Origin: Takakia lepidozioides
Lineage: Eukaryota; Plantae; Bryophyta
DNA: 64,000 nucleotides
Direction of reading: 5' to 3'
Assembly: GCA_030704615.1 (NCBI GenBank)
Contig: CM060733.1
Coordinates: 23,002,001-23,066,000 of the forward strand
Position numbers and translations under genes: made by a program
Notes under the pieces: generated by a model
The model's database searches: none
What the model was told of the DNA's origin: nothing
Seen by the model: the letters and a program-made list of their open reading frames with translations, nothing else
Part shown: positions 11,868-24,280 of the stretch, piece after piece
Position numbering within the stretch: position 1 is the first letter of the stretch
Layout: each line of letters starts with the position of its first letter

Positions 11868-12033
11868 AACTGCGCGGGGCAGAGTTGTTGGCAGCAGATT
11901 TGGAGGCTCTTGGCAGCCATGTTAGCCGTGTGAAGGGCTGGTACACGAGCTGGCAAGTTTCGTTGCAAGCAGACTATGACCCCCACCTAGTGGCGGCCTA
12001 GTTTGATCGTCACCCTCACATTGTTATCTTGAG
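11868..12033 (+). pseudogene. Orphan exon resembling the N-terminal region of an ABC1/UbiB kinase
   Basis: Exon bounded by tttgcag...GAG/gtact, reading ADLEALGSHVSRVKGWYTSWQVSLQADYDPHLVAA*FDRHPHIVILR. It resembles the YDP..VA.YF..RPH motif of ABC1K proteins and has an in-frame stop. Confidence 0.45.
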
Positions 12034-12184
12034 GTACTTGATAGCTCTATAACTTATTCATCAAGCTTTGCTTGGGGGCCAATGAAGACAGACGGTTCGG
12101 TAGATCCACATGGAACTCTGGCCAGTATGTTCTCAGATTTTCTCTCTCTGGTAGAGTAGCCTTTTATATGCTCTTCATGAATTC

Positions 12185-12756
12185 ACGTACGGTTGCAAAA
12201 TTAAGTAGTAAACAAAAATCAGCGGAACATTGAGGTGGGGGGGGGGGGGGATCAGAGGACTTAATCAGCTCTTCTTCCCAGAGAAATGATATTGAAGGCA
12301 GCTCATCAAAATCAAAATCAAAATTTTGAGGCAAGAAAAGAAGGAGGGCGCACTAGACTGTCATTGCACTAACGGATTTGCTTTTCGTAACTTCCCAGCT
12401 TTTCCAGGATTCAGCAGTCTTCCAGATCCATCAGCTACTTGCTTCCGCTGCCTTCTCCTCTTCCAGAACTTCAAGGGGTTGAGCACCATGGAGCTGAAGG
12501 ATGAGAGTAACCCTTTCTTTGCAGGCTTGGACACCCATTTAGAGTCCTCATGCTTGTCCACTCCGACGACACTGAAATTCCCATCTTCCACTATAATGTT
12601 TCTCACTTTGCCGGCCTCCGATGTATTTGCTGCCTCTGTTTCTGTCACACACTGTTTCTTGGTGTCCTTCATTGTGCTCCCATTGGTTTGGTGGCCAGGC
12701 TTGTCACCTAATTTAAAATGGAAGGCACATGTTCTCCCGTTACTTGGAATGGACAA
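12185..12756 (-). pseudogene. Second copy of the C2-gene 3' end and 3' flank
   Basis: 12185-12490 aligns with 6310-6580. Both encode WKRRRQRKQV.DGS..LLN...GKLRKAN..VQ*. Confidence 0.75.
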
Positions 12757-12799
12757 AGAATCGTCAGCAATTATTACATAGCAAATCTCGTCTTACTCT

Positions 12800-15700
12800 A
12801 CAAGGGATGCATTCTAGAGGGCCTCCGACCAGCTCTGGGAGGGTTGGCTGGACCTTTAGTACAAAACAATCCCATGCCCTTCTGAAGGCCTTTCTCATGT
12901 CAAAATACCAGAATAGGGCTCGAATTCAACACCCAAGCAAATCACAAAGGACATCCAACCTACATCACCTGGTCAAATTGTTGCAACTATGACATTCCCC
13001 TGATGAAAACAGATTCAGAAATTTGCATCTGAGTGGCAGAGAACTTGCCTTCTGAGTTTGCTTGCTCTGGCTCGCACTTGAAGCTTTGAATCAAAAACTT
13101 GTAGAGATTCAGTCGCGTAATGGGCCGTCCACATGCAGGCAAAGCCTCCAGCTCTGACCCAGGCAGCAGAATCTCTGAGAACATTTGGACGGCTTGCTCC
13201 AGTGTTGCCAGGTGGTGGTCTGCCAGAGAAACAACATGGTGCACTAGTGCTTTCCAGAAGTTGGCGGCATCTGTGTCATGATAGTCTCTCAGTATTGAAG
13301 TGCTGGCAAGGCCCCTCTTTCCCACCTAGCATCAGAGAAATTGCAGTGGAGGGTCACAACGACCGTACAGTAGAGAGATGTTCAGGAATTGAACCTGCTA
13401 TTTGGCGAGCAAAAGCAGTAGGTGTCCCAGTCTGGAAGTTTTTATGAGAAGTAGGACATGACTTCTTTTGACCAGGTAATCCTGCTACCTGAAAAGACAC
13501 ACAGTGTGGTGAATGCCCCACAGTTTGAAGTATGCCATGAAGACTGACTAGGCAACACATATTAGTACAAGTGATCTGCTCATGAAATCCTTCATGAATG
13601 TAACCATGCAGCTTCTACATACACGAGCATTCTTTCCAGAGAAGAGCCATCACATGACTAAGAATAATGACCTTATATAATCCTATTCCTCACCATCCTC
13701 TGCGAGCCTTCAACTAGGAAGTCTTCGACAAATTTTGAAGGTAGCAACTTTTCCGGTGGATAGGCCCTCACTAACTCACACACTGCACCACAGCAAACTG
13801 CCGGCCTTGAAAACCCCTGCACCTTGTCAAGAGAATCAAACAGGCTCCGCTGGCTCTCTTTGGCTGCATCAATCCCAGTAATAATCAGTTCTGCCTTCCC
13901 CACCCAGCTGCCATACAAGACCACGCTATCCTCCCATAGAAACATGGTATTGTTGAGGGTTCGCAGCACAGCAAGTTTGTCTTTAGGAAACCAGAGACCT
14001 ATTTGGCTCCTCTGCTGCTCCAAGCTAGGAGTTGGAGAGCTATTCTTCTCGCTGTCCCTGGTACCCACCACCTGGACATTCCAACATCCACTTGAGCATC
14101 TGATTTCAGTGACAGATTTTGCATCCATTGGTTCAGTGACTGCAACCATCCCCTTATTCACATGATAGAACAGGAGTGTTGCTTATTTAAGAATGGCAGC
14201 TGAATACATTCTATGCCCACATGATTTTCACTCTTTTGCTGTACGGAAGGTTACGACATAATTATCAGGAAGACAGAAGAAACAATGCAGAGAGAGAGCC
14301 GATGAAGTGAAATGAACCTCTCTCACATGCCTTCCAGAATATTGATGCCTTGTGACTCTACTAAGTGAGCAAAAGTGATCAGTTTATGATTATGGTGACT
14401 GGTACCATTACAAGACCCAGAAGCGGGGCATCTTCTTATGTCAAACCATCCCCCATGTCCCACCGCAATTTGAGCCGTATTTATGTTATCAAAACAGATA
14501 TGATTACACATGAGCTCAATCTGAAGCTTTTCAATCATGACTGTTACCGCATTTTCAGCGATGGTCTTTGCTTCTCTACTTGCTGCATCTGGAAGCTGCT
14601 TTGGCTGAAAGCCAGCAACCAACCCTCCTCTATTTTTGTCTGTCTCTTGGTTTTCCTGTAACCTCGAATTTCGCTCTGCCAAGATGAGGAGAGGAGTGGC
14701 GAGGAGTGAATATCGAAAGCAAAGGAAACAGCACCCTCATAGTTAATGCAATCACATATTGACGTTTTGGTTGAAATTATCTTATGTTTTTAGTGTCTGT
14801 TTGCTTTTGCTTAGGAGAGCTTATCCCCATCCTAGGTCAGAGTCTTAAGCAATTAGGACCCTTGGGTTTAAAAAGGCTTCCACTGAAACAACTACGTTCA
14901 GCTACAAACTGTATATGATGTGAGCACTTAGTCAACTCTGAACTCACATAGAAAATCCACCACAGATAAAATGAGATGGCCACATTGGAAGTAAAGAAGA
15001 GCTTTCTAAGCTGAAAACAAATGCAGCTAGGCAAAACATCAAGTGACGTCAATAAGAGGAAGGAAACCAGAAAGAATCCTACTCGAGACAATGGTAGAGT
15101 TTTCCCACTACGTACCTTTCTGGCTGTTCTCAGCAGAGACCTTCTCTCCTTCACTTCTCTTTGTCCACCCCAGTCGAAGTCCCAAAACATCATCCTGGTT
15201 GCCCCTCTGTAAGTTTCCCCTGGCAAGCCCACCAGAGGACTCACTGCCGGCCAATGGTTTATCTTCTGGGTACCCCTTCCCTTGGTTGTCAGCACCAGCA
15301 TCCATAGGCACAAAGCTCCCACTCAGCTTAGATCTTCTCTTGATCCTGGGAAGTATACTCTTCCCAGAATCCCTGTCACATGAGCTCCAACCCTCACCAC
15401 CAGAGATCCCATCTCTACTTGGCTCACTCAACAATCCCTCCACCGCTTCATTTGATCCCCACAGGACTCGGCGTCCAATCAGATGATTAGTCACCTTATT
15501 TGTATCTGTCAGACAGATCAGGCGAGCACTATCCTTCAGTCGCGGGCAGCGGGGTGTTTCAAAATCACGTGCCGTACTGTTAGGTGTTTCATAGCTTGTC
15601 CATGGACGTTGGTTGCCATCCACATTGTGACGCGTCTGAGAAAGGTCCAACAATGGCACTACTGGGCGTTTTCTAACAATTGGGACACTGTTGCCAAAGC

Positions 15701-18625
15701 GAGGGGTCGTGCCGGTTGAATGTGTGGAGGAGGGAACCATGCTGGACTCACAGGAAGATTCTTTTCCTGTCATCGCTGTTGGAAGCCATGGTTCCAGAGT
15801 CTCGGTTTCTGCAATGTCAGTGCACCAAATGATAGTCGATACAACATGTAGCTACTTCTGTGGTGGGGAATAACCAAAAAAATCAGGAAGAAGTGGGATA
15901 TTAAGAGTGATTTAGGATTGTTTAATCGTGGAGCTCGTTTTGGGCTAGAAGAACTTCTGTTCAAGAGAGATAAGGCATGCCAATTAAGAACTCACAACTA
16001 AAATACAGGTAATTATACGGTCTCGTAGCAATGGCAATCTCTCAGAAATTCTTCTTTCCATTTATCTACAATGTCTCTTCAAGGTGCCCCGGGCATGTAT
16101 TGAGTCATTAGCTTTCATCTCTTACCAGAGGAACAAATACAACGTTTATCTGCCTGTTCTCGTCCTCTTTTGCCCTCTGTCCCCATCCTGATTGTGAATG
16201 GAAATAACTGGTTCCTCATGGACTTAAAGAACTCAAACGGAGAAGAGGTTCCTACCTCTGGGTGATAGAGACACACAGATTTTGTGTCCATGCTGAGTGG
16301 CTGTGCCAGTTGTGCTTGGTGTTGTTGGAGAGCTGTCGCTCTCAACAGAAGTATGACTCTGAGGTCTATCCTGTGCACTACACTCTGGCTCTCCTTCCCT
16401 GCTTCCAGAAAGCCAACCTTCACTCCCTTGATTTTCTCAGTATTGAAAGATGGGGCATAGCCCCAATCACACCCTTTTTGTGTAGGCAAATTTTACCAAG
16501 AAGGTACAAAGCATAATATTTACAAACAGAATGCATCCAGAATGGTTGGCTAGAAGTTGGTATGTGGTGATGTCAATGTGGGGACACTACTAATTCCTAG
16601 TCTGAGAACCAAAGACACACGTCAGAAACCAATGGAGAAATCTGAGGCTGGAATCTGCAGAAAAGGCTTTCATCTGTTGATTGAAATCTCATTATATTAA
16701 TGAGGGAAGATCTACTCAATTTTCACTGCTTAAGAAGACGAGGAAGAGATTCGTTGCACTCACTGGAGACCCCAAAGAGACAAGGTGGAGTTCCATGGAT
16801 AAGGCTTTATGCTCTGACCAAACAATACACTCAATGTAAACCATCATCGTACCTGGTCTCTGAAACTGTCAGATCTTGCTGTGCCTGTAGGCATATCAAT
16901 GCTCTCGAACCTCTCCCCTTACCCTGACATCAATATTGGGGGAACATCACAATTGAGCTCTGGAACATTAGCACTTCAACAGAAGTGAACTAGCGGCCAG
17001 ATGAGTCACTGGACAGAAAAAGAATGTTGTAGGCAAATGCACTAATGTGACCACAGCCAATCTTCATGACTACAAATGGATCAAATGGATCAACGTCCTC
17101 GTTAAGGAGAGAGGTACAGCATTATTTTAAGTAGGGAGGTACAGCATGCTCAGGCCAGTCTGGTACGAGACAAGCCAAAGCTACAACCACAGGATTGGCT
17201 GGAATGCTCCAGCAAATGCTGACATGTCATTCTGCTTCAAGCTGTTACGAACAAATGAGTAAGATATAAAAAGACAAACACGTCAAATTGGAGCTCTCCA
17301 GGGCGTGGGCGTACTTGCTCCTGATACAAGCTGACAAATTGCAGCAGCTTCTTGTTTCTCTCATTGGCCATGCAGGCGTCACCCTGGGCTTGCCGCATTT
17401 GTTGTAAAATCTGTTTGAACTGGTAGCCAACCCGAGCTGCCCTCTCCTTCCTCAATCGGTGCCTCCTTTCCAAAAGGGCCCGTGACTCCCTCCTGAAATG
17501 TATCAAATGGTCATGTCAGATGTGACCTGTCACTTTCAGTCACCAACTGTTTACTGGTGAACTGGCATAAGTCCTTGTAAGTCGAAACACTCCAGCTCTG
17601 CAGCATTTGTTCTGGCAACATCGTTGAACTTTTTCCTGCTGCTGTTAAGGAACGTGAAAATGACCAACCAGCACCCCATCCCCTGAAACTGCAGAAATTG
17701 TGACGGACGTTGTAATTTCGATGTTGCAGGGGATCACTGTGAAACAAGCAGAGTCTTCGGAGAACTTGATCATGTCCATTGAGGGAGAGAAAAAGAACTA
17801 ACAGACCAAGTGCTAGTAAGAGAGAGAAACAGAAGACAGAAGAAAGGGATTTACAACTTTCGCAGGTAGCCCAACAGTGCTCAAGGGACAACAATGCATA
17901 CAAAACAAATGAAATCAAAATAAGTTAAATGGTACTTTATGACGTCCGCAGAAAGCTCAAAGAGCTTATGGGACAACAGGGAAAACAAGAAATAAGAATG
18001 AGCAGGACAAAAGCACACAAAGAGAGAGCCGAAAGCAGCCCAAAATCAACTACTCTTCAAGAGATTGCCTAAGGTCAAGGCCTCATGCAGATAAGCTGCC
18101 AAGAATTTCTGACCCTCATAATGGAAGACTTCTGTCAGAGATTGGGTTCCACGGAATATACAATTGAATCTCCAACGGATCTCATAGTAGAGGGCAATGA
18201 AAGAAAAAGAGTTCTTCAGTTTCGAGAGAAGAAAGCACTAGAATCCCAGGCCTCACCAACTTCTCCGTCTTCGAACAGAGGAAGCATACAGGCCTCATAT
18301 AATAGATGCAAGCAGGCCAACTGTGGCCAAGGCACTAACCATGTTGAGGGCGGAATGTACAGCTGATTACTGCTCTTGTGATAGGAAAACATGTCTGTAG
18401 AAAAGCTGATAAGTCAGGCACTGTTCAATTGCAGATAGTGGAGGGAGTTATTGGTTCTATAGCATACACAGAAGCGAGGCGCCCTTGGAAATCAATGCTG
18501 TGTGTGGAATAATCCATTTGTCGTTGTGCCGTCTCCTTCAATCTCAACCTTCCTTCCTTCGACGAACACTCCTGATCGTCTAACGAAAGAGGCATGGACC
18601 AGGTTTCCAATGTTGCAGTTGACAT
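12800..18625 (-). pseudogene. Uncharacterised multi-exon gene or decayed gene
   Basis: Several co-oriented ORFs of 90-220 aa (12987-13325, 13673-14161, 14323-14682, 15108-15773, 17237-17506 coiled-coil), some with splice-like borders. Stops are scattered between them and no family was recognised. Confidence 0.35.
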
Positions 18626-19949
18626 GGGGGCGGAAATTAAAGTCCGCTAGAAGAAATTGATTCGATCCTCTCGAACTGGCAGAATTCCCTATCAGACAGA
18701 CCTCGGTCGTCCACAGCTCCCATTCTTAGTATAGTGAGACGGATTTTGATGATGAAAGTACATTCACACAACGACCGCAACTCGCAGAAAGCCAGTCATG
18801 CTGAGCTGAAACTTGACGATGGTTTCTAAACTCATGTTCTCAGAGGTGCTAAAAACAAAACCGACAAGGGATGAGCACTGGAATTCTTCAGATAGATGGA
18901 ATCTTATACATTTTGAGCTTCAGAGCACAGCGCCTCTGGCACGCAAATCCGCTGACGGATGAGTGACGGATTGTGGAGGAGAGGGGCAAGAGAGAGGTTC
19001 AGCGCGCGTCTCAGACCCGATTCACCAACCAAACGTACCCACGTACCAGGACATGGAACTACTGCTGCGGATGGATAGCAATGAATGACATTGCTTGCGT
19101 TCACGTGCACTCTCCACCACCTTCTACACGCCTTTGCGCATCGTCTCAGTGAAACCGTTTCTTGGTCTTGGAAGACAGTTCAGCCGAGCTACGTGATTCC
19201 GCTGGGCCAGTTCGATACCAGAAAAGCTGCCTGCAGACACAAACGTGCGGCTTGTGGGGATGGCCGGACTCTAATTCAGATCCTTGTATTGTAAACTGCC
19301 GCATAGTTTTAAGAAAAAGATGCGATCAAGTTCTTTTCTGTCTAATTTCGTTCCCCACTCAAAGAAGAGAAAAGACCTCACTCTTTGGGTCTGTGGCTAC
19401 AAGGCTGTGTCGTGTTTGGGTCTTTGATCTCACAATGCTGCCATCATGGAAGTTTGTACAATAATCACCCCATCAGAGTGTTTATAAGCATGATCTAATT
19501 CCGCCAGCCACATAGAGGCACATAGACGCACAGACGCACAAGAAGAAGAAAAGCATGCCTCAAACATGTACCATGTAACACCCGAGTAGAAAGGCTTGAT
19601 GGCTTGAGAGAACAACCAAGAAACAACCATGTCTAGTATGTAGCAACGGCATTGTGCCCTTTGAAAATATGGGCCCATGTGCGTGGTATATGGCGGGTAC
19701 GATCTCCTGGGATCTGGTACAGTGTTCGGTGGATCGACGACTCACCCATTCCCGAAACAACGCGAAAGGTAGAAGACAACGAAAGGTAGTGAAGACAAAT
19801 TGCTGGCAGATTGGTTGAACGCAAGGGGGAAGGCGAAGACGCGTGTTTACAGGAAGCCTAGTTTTGGGGGCTTGTCATCACTTGGCTCGTCATACCACTT
19901 TCGTTCACCAAATTCGCAGAAACGGAGAAACAACCATAACGCAATGATC

Positions 19950-21145
19950 TCTGCCAGATATGTTAAGAGAGGTTTAGCCTAGCCCTCCAGCTCTTTCGAA
20001 GAGCTTGTGCGGCAGCACCCCCATGGAGTTAAGAGGGGCTTAGCCCTCTTGCTTAGTGCTTGGACACATGTTTTCCTACGAACCATTCATGAGCAATCGA
20101 TACGGATAAAACTGCCCGGACGTTGTCAAAGGGGGGGGGGGGAGGGGCGTACTTCCTCTTAGCCATCAAACAAGTGTGTAGGCACATGTCCTGGACATTC
20201 CATACGGAATAACTCATTCTCATGGTCGACTTATGTTCTGTAGAGAGGAGCAATGAGCCTTCAATTCAATCATTTCAAGCAATGCTCTGCAGATTCTTTG
20301 TCATCGAGGGCTCTTGCTCCCCTATGCATATTATAAGTCGACCGTGAGAATTAGGTATTCCGTATCGAATGCCCATGATAGGTACTTGCATATGTACAAA
20401 TAGAACATTAGTCGACCTTAAAGTGTAATTATCCCATATTGATTGCTCATGAAGGTATAAGTGAAGGAGCCCATCGCGTCTCTCCCAAGATGTGTCCAAA
20501 CATTGAGCAAGAAGGTTAAGCCTCTCTTAACTTCATGGGACGCTGCCGCACGCAAGCCCTACTAAAGAGCTAAAGGGCTAAACCTCTCTTGATATATCTG
20601 GCGGGCCCTAGCCGAGAGCGCGGCCCCACAAAAAACCAAAACAGGAATAGACCTTCTCACTTCCCCAATATGCCTCGTTGGTCCTCGTCACTAGAAGCGA
20701 GGTGAATGCACATGTGCACTTTATACTACGTTCTTTCAAATCCTTTTTGCACAGGTGCGTTCGCCTCTCTTCCAGCGAAGAGAACCAACCAGGTATCTTG
20801 GGGAAGTAATAAGGCCTATTCTGGTTTTGGTTTTTCGTGGGGTGCCTGCTCTCGGCTAGGGCCCGCCAAATATGTTAAGAGAGGTCAAGCCCCTCCAGCT
20901 CTTTGGGGAGGATTACGCACGGCAACGACCCCGGAGTCAAGAGATACTTAGCCCTCATGAACAATGGGAGATATGTGGTGGGCTCCTTTACTTATACCTT
21001 CATACGAACCATTTCTGAGCAATCGATATAGGATAACTATTTGTTGAGGTCGACTTATATTCTGGATTTGTACATGTGCAGGCACCTATCCTCGGCATTC
21101 ATTATGGGAGAACTAATTCTCATGGTCGACTTATGTTCTGCAGAG
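19950..21145. repeat. Long imperfect foldback (~20310-21145) plus a third partial arm (19950-20250)
   Basis: 20310-20720 is the reverse complement of 20747-21145, e.g. GCTCTCGGCTAGGGCCCGCC and GGGCTCCTT(C/T)ACTTATACCTTCAT. 19950-20250 is another plus-strand copy of the arm. Confidence 0.85.
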
Positions 21146-21339
21146 GGATACTACAGTAGATAGGAGGGGACACTCGCCAGCTGCCGTGCTCAAAGCCTTA
21201 TGCACCTTTTAATGTCTATTTTTGTGGTATGGACTAATGTTTTTCTATATTTTCTAACAGTGATGACACCTTCGAAGAAGTGGTGGTCTTTGCTGAGGTC
21301 CCTTCGACATGTGGACCGGGTGTTGACCGGCTACCACTC

Positions 21340-23085
21340 ATACAGACAGACATTCCAGATTCAGATCGCTGGAAAATTGAGAGTCTAGGCAAGGTTGTCG
21401 GTTTGGGGTGAGGGATGCTCCAAGGGCAATGTCCTCCCCACCGGCTTTTTTGTGGTCAAGTAGGAGGTGAAGAATGTAGGATTGATATGACAATAAACAA
21501 AGGTGGAATTTGGAAGAGAATGCAGCAAAGCAAAGCATTCTCTCCAATGATATTTGGCGTTGCATCATCTAAGTCTTTGGGGGTGGCATCTAATTCATTT
21601 CAGCAAACTGGAGTGTAGGCTTAGGTGAAACCTTCCAAGGGGAGCTATGGCAGTACGGAAAATGCAAGCGTACTTTGGGTAAGAATTTTTATCAGCACCC
21701 ATTTCTGCAAAACCATGGAACCCTGGAATCCTAGATAGAATACATGCAGTGCTTCCTGTGACACTCTTAAGATGACACAATGTCTCTTCCTTCAACTTGT
21801 CTACTGCAAGGTAGCAGAATGAAGTAGAGAAGAAAATATGCACCCACCCAAGATATCAGTCTCAAGATCACAACCCCAGTCAACACAAATTGGCCAAGAG
21901 TGATATCAGAGTTTGGCAGCCAGGCAAATGATCCTTGATTCAACGTACATGACCCTGTGTGAAAGAGAAGACTGCAAATAGCTTGCAAAGACAGATAGTA
22001 GACCCAACACTCTGAAAGCTATGTTTGTTGTTTTATTTGCAATGATCAACAATCCCACAAGAGCACAGCCCCTTGTTGAAATGATGAAACTGGTTGGCAT
22101 CCCTCACGCCAATTTCGCGCCCAACGATCATGGAGATGGACTTGGCGGCGGCGGCAAATGCTGCATACACCACGGTTTTTTATTCAAATAAGCGTCCCAG
22201 TGGGTGTGCTGATGAATCCCACCTACCAGCAGCAGCCTTGATGTTTGAAAGCAGTACATACACTGCAGCATTTCTCGGCTCCAACCTACATGGACATTTG
22301 ACTCAATTCCCTATTTGATGATGCCTGGCCAAAATGCTTCTTCACCATTATGATGAGCTAATCCTCACTTAACATCCGTGCTGAGAAGAGTGTTCCTTCC
22401 CAATGGCTGGATTCCCGTCCGCATAATCCGAGCATGGGCGATGCCTTTGACATCTGGCAGTGATTTTGTTATAGCACTGTGAGCACTGGAAAAAATCGCT
22501 GGAAAAGTTGGGAGTCTAGGCAAGGTTGTCGGTTTGGGGTGAGGACATGCTCCAAGGGCAGTGTCCGCCCCACTGGACTTTTTTGTGGTCAAGCAGGAGG
22601 TGGAGAATGTGGGATTGATATGATAATAAGCAAGGTGGAATTTGGAAGAGAATGCAGCAGAGCAAAGCAAAGCATTATCTCCGATGAAAATCAGGCTTTG
22701 CATTCAAGTCTTTGGGATTCATTTCAGCAAACTGGAGTGGCTTAGGTGAAACCTTCCAGGGGAGCTAGGGCAGTATGGAAAATGTAAGTGTACATTGGAG
22801 AAGAATTTTTATCAGTACCCATGTCTGCAAAACCACGGAACCCTGGAATCCTAGATATAATATATGCGGTGCTTCCTTTGACACTCTTAAGATGACACAA
22901 TGATTTTTCTTTCAACTCATCTAGTGCAAGGTATGGATAAGGAAGTAGGAGTGCACCCACCCAAGATATCAGTCCCAAGATCACAACCCCAGTCAACACA
23001 AATTGGCCGCGAGTGATGCAGGTTATATATCAGAGTTTGGCAGCAAGGCAAACGATCCTTGATTCAACATACAAGGAATGACCTT
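21340..23085 (-). pseudogene. Tandemly duplicated cassette containing PLS-E PPR gene fragments
   Basis: E-domain LEPRNAAVYVLLSNIKAAAGRWD (~22217-22285) and a decayed PPR motif KSLPDVKGIAHARIMRTGIQP...NTLLSTDVK (~22370-22470). 22490-23085 repeats 21360-21960. Confidence 0.8.
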
Positions 23086-23389
23086 TTGCTATATGGTAAG
23101 ATAGGTCATTTAGTAGCAGCAAAATCCTCGATGGCTGTTCGAGTTGAGTATATGCAAGGAGATTTTAATGTAAATCTCTACTAAGAGTTGAAAATTGGCA
23201 AAGACCTCATCCTTCTTCCAAGCCAAAACCGTTTGTCACTCCATGTAGTAGGCCAACAAAGAAACCAGTTGGTCTACCAAATAGGAAGAGGAAAGAAATA
23301 TATACTGCAACCAATTTGCACAAATCTGTCAAAGGATGCCTTTTGGACTGTCGGCACCTGATTAGAGCTCCCTGAGACACATGAGCAAA

Positions 23390-23660
23390 GTAGGGGACAT
23401 CAGAGGAAGGATGTAGGGACAAATATGACAGGAAGAAAGGGACGGGGACACATGGGACCAGGATATCAAGGAACGACAGACTGGGGACCAGAAAGAGAGC
23501 AACAGATCCAAGGGGACCAAGATTCCGGACACAGGAGCACAAGGGACTGGGTACCGGGCACTGGAGGACAAGGACTGGAAATCACAAGGGACAGGGGACC
23601 GACAACAGCAAGACAGAGAGAGAGGGGACCACCATAGAGCAAAGGGGACCGCACACTGGA
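23390..23660 (+). repeat. Degenerate GGGAC-rich repeat tract
   Basis: Many GGGAC/GGAC motifs at short, irregular spacing in purine-rich sequence. Confidence 0.6.
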
Positions 23661-24280
23661 GGATAGCAGGCGATCCCAGATGGAATGAGAAGGTTTTGGG
23701 ACTAATGAAAGGCAATCCCACATTGACATCGGTTGCAGAAGCATACAATGTCCACAATCGGGGAGGACATCGAAGATGACGCCATCACCAAGTTCTAGGT
23801 ATGACAGGACCCAGGGGTGAACAGCCTTGCAAACCCTAACCTCGCAAAATTTTATACATGACTGATGGACTGGCGATGAGAGATTGACATGCAGCACCAA
23901 AGACCCGACTTTGATGGAAGATTCATTCTTGCAATCCCATAAGGCATCATCCAGAATATTTCAAGTTAGCCACATATCCTCAGTTTCTTGCCATAGCTCA
24001 TCGATATTGAAGTGGATCCACTGTGCATCCAACAAAGCAAGAGAGAGTGCAGAACAGACACTTCTGCAGGTACTACGCCCTATCAACTACTGATTCTTTA
24101 CTTTTCCAAGCCTAAAACAAGGGAATTAGTTGCTAGCAAGAACCAGGAAGAGCAGGTTAAATACATGAGTGCTGCATGCTAAGCCTCATCCATCAAGTTC
24201 CAGAGATGCAACTGGGCCCCTCCAGGATATTACTTATTGCACCTTGTTGTTAACCTCTATCTCAATCCAAAACCCTCCCA

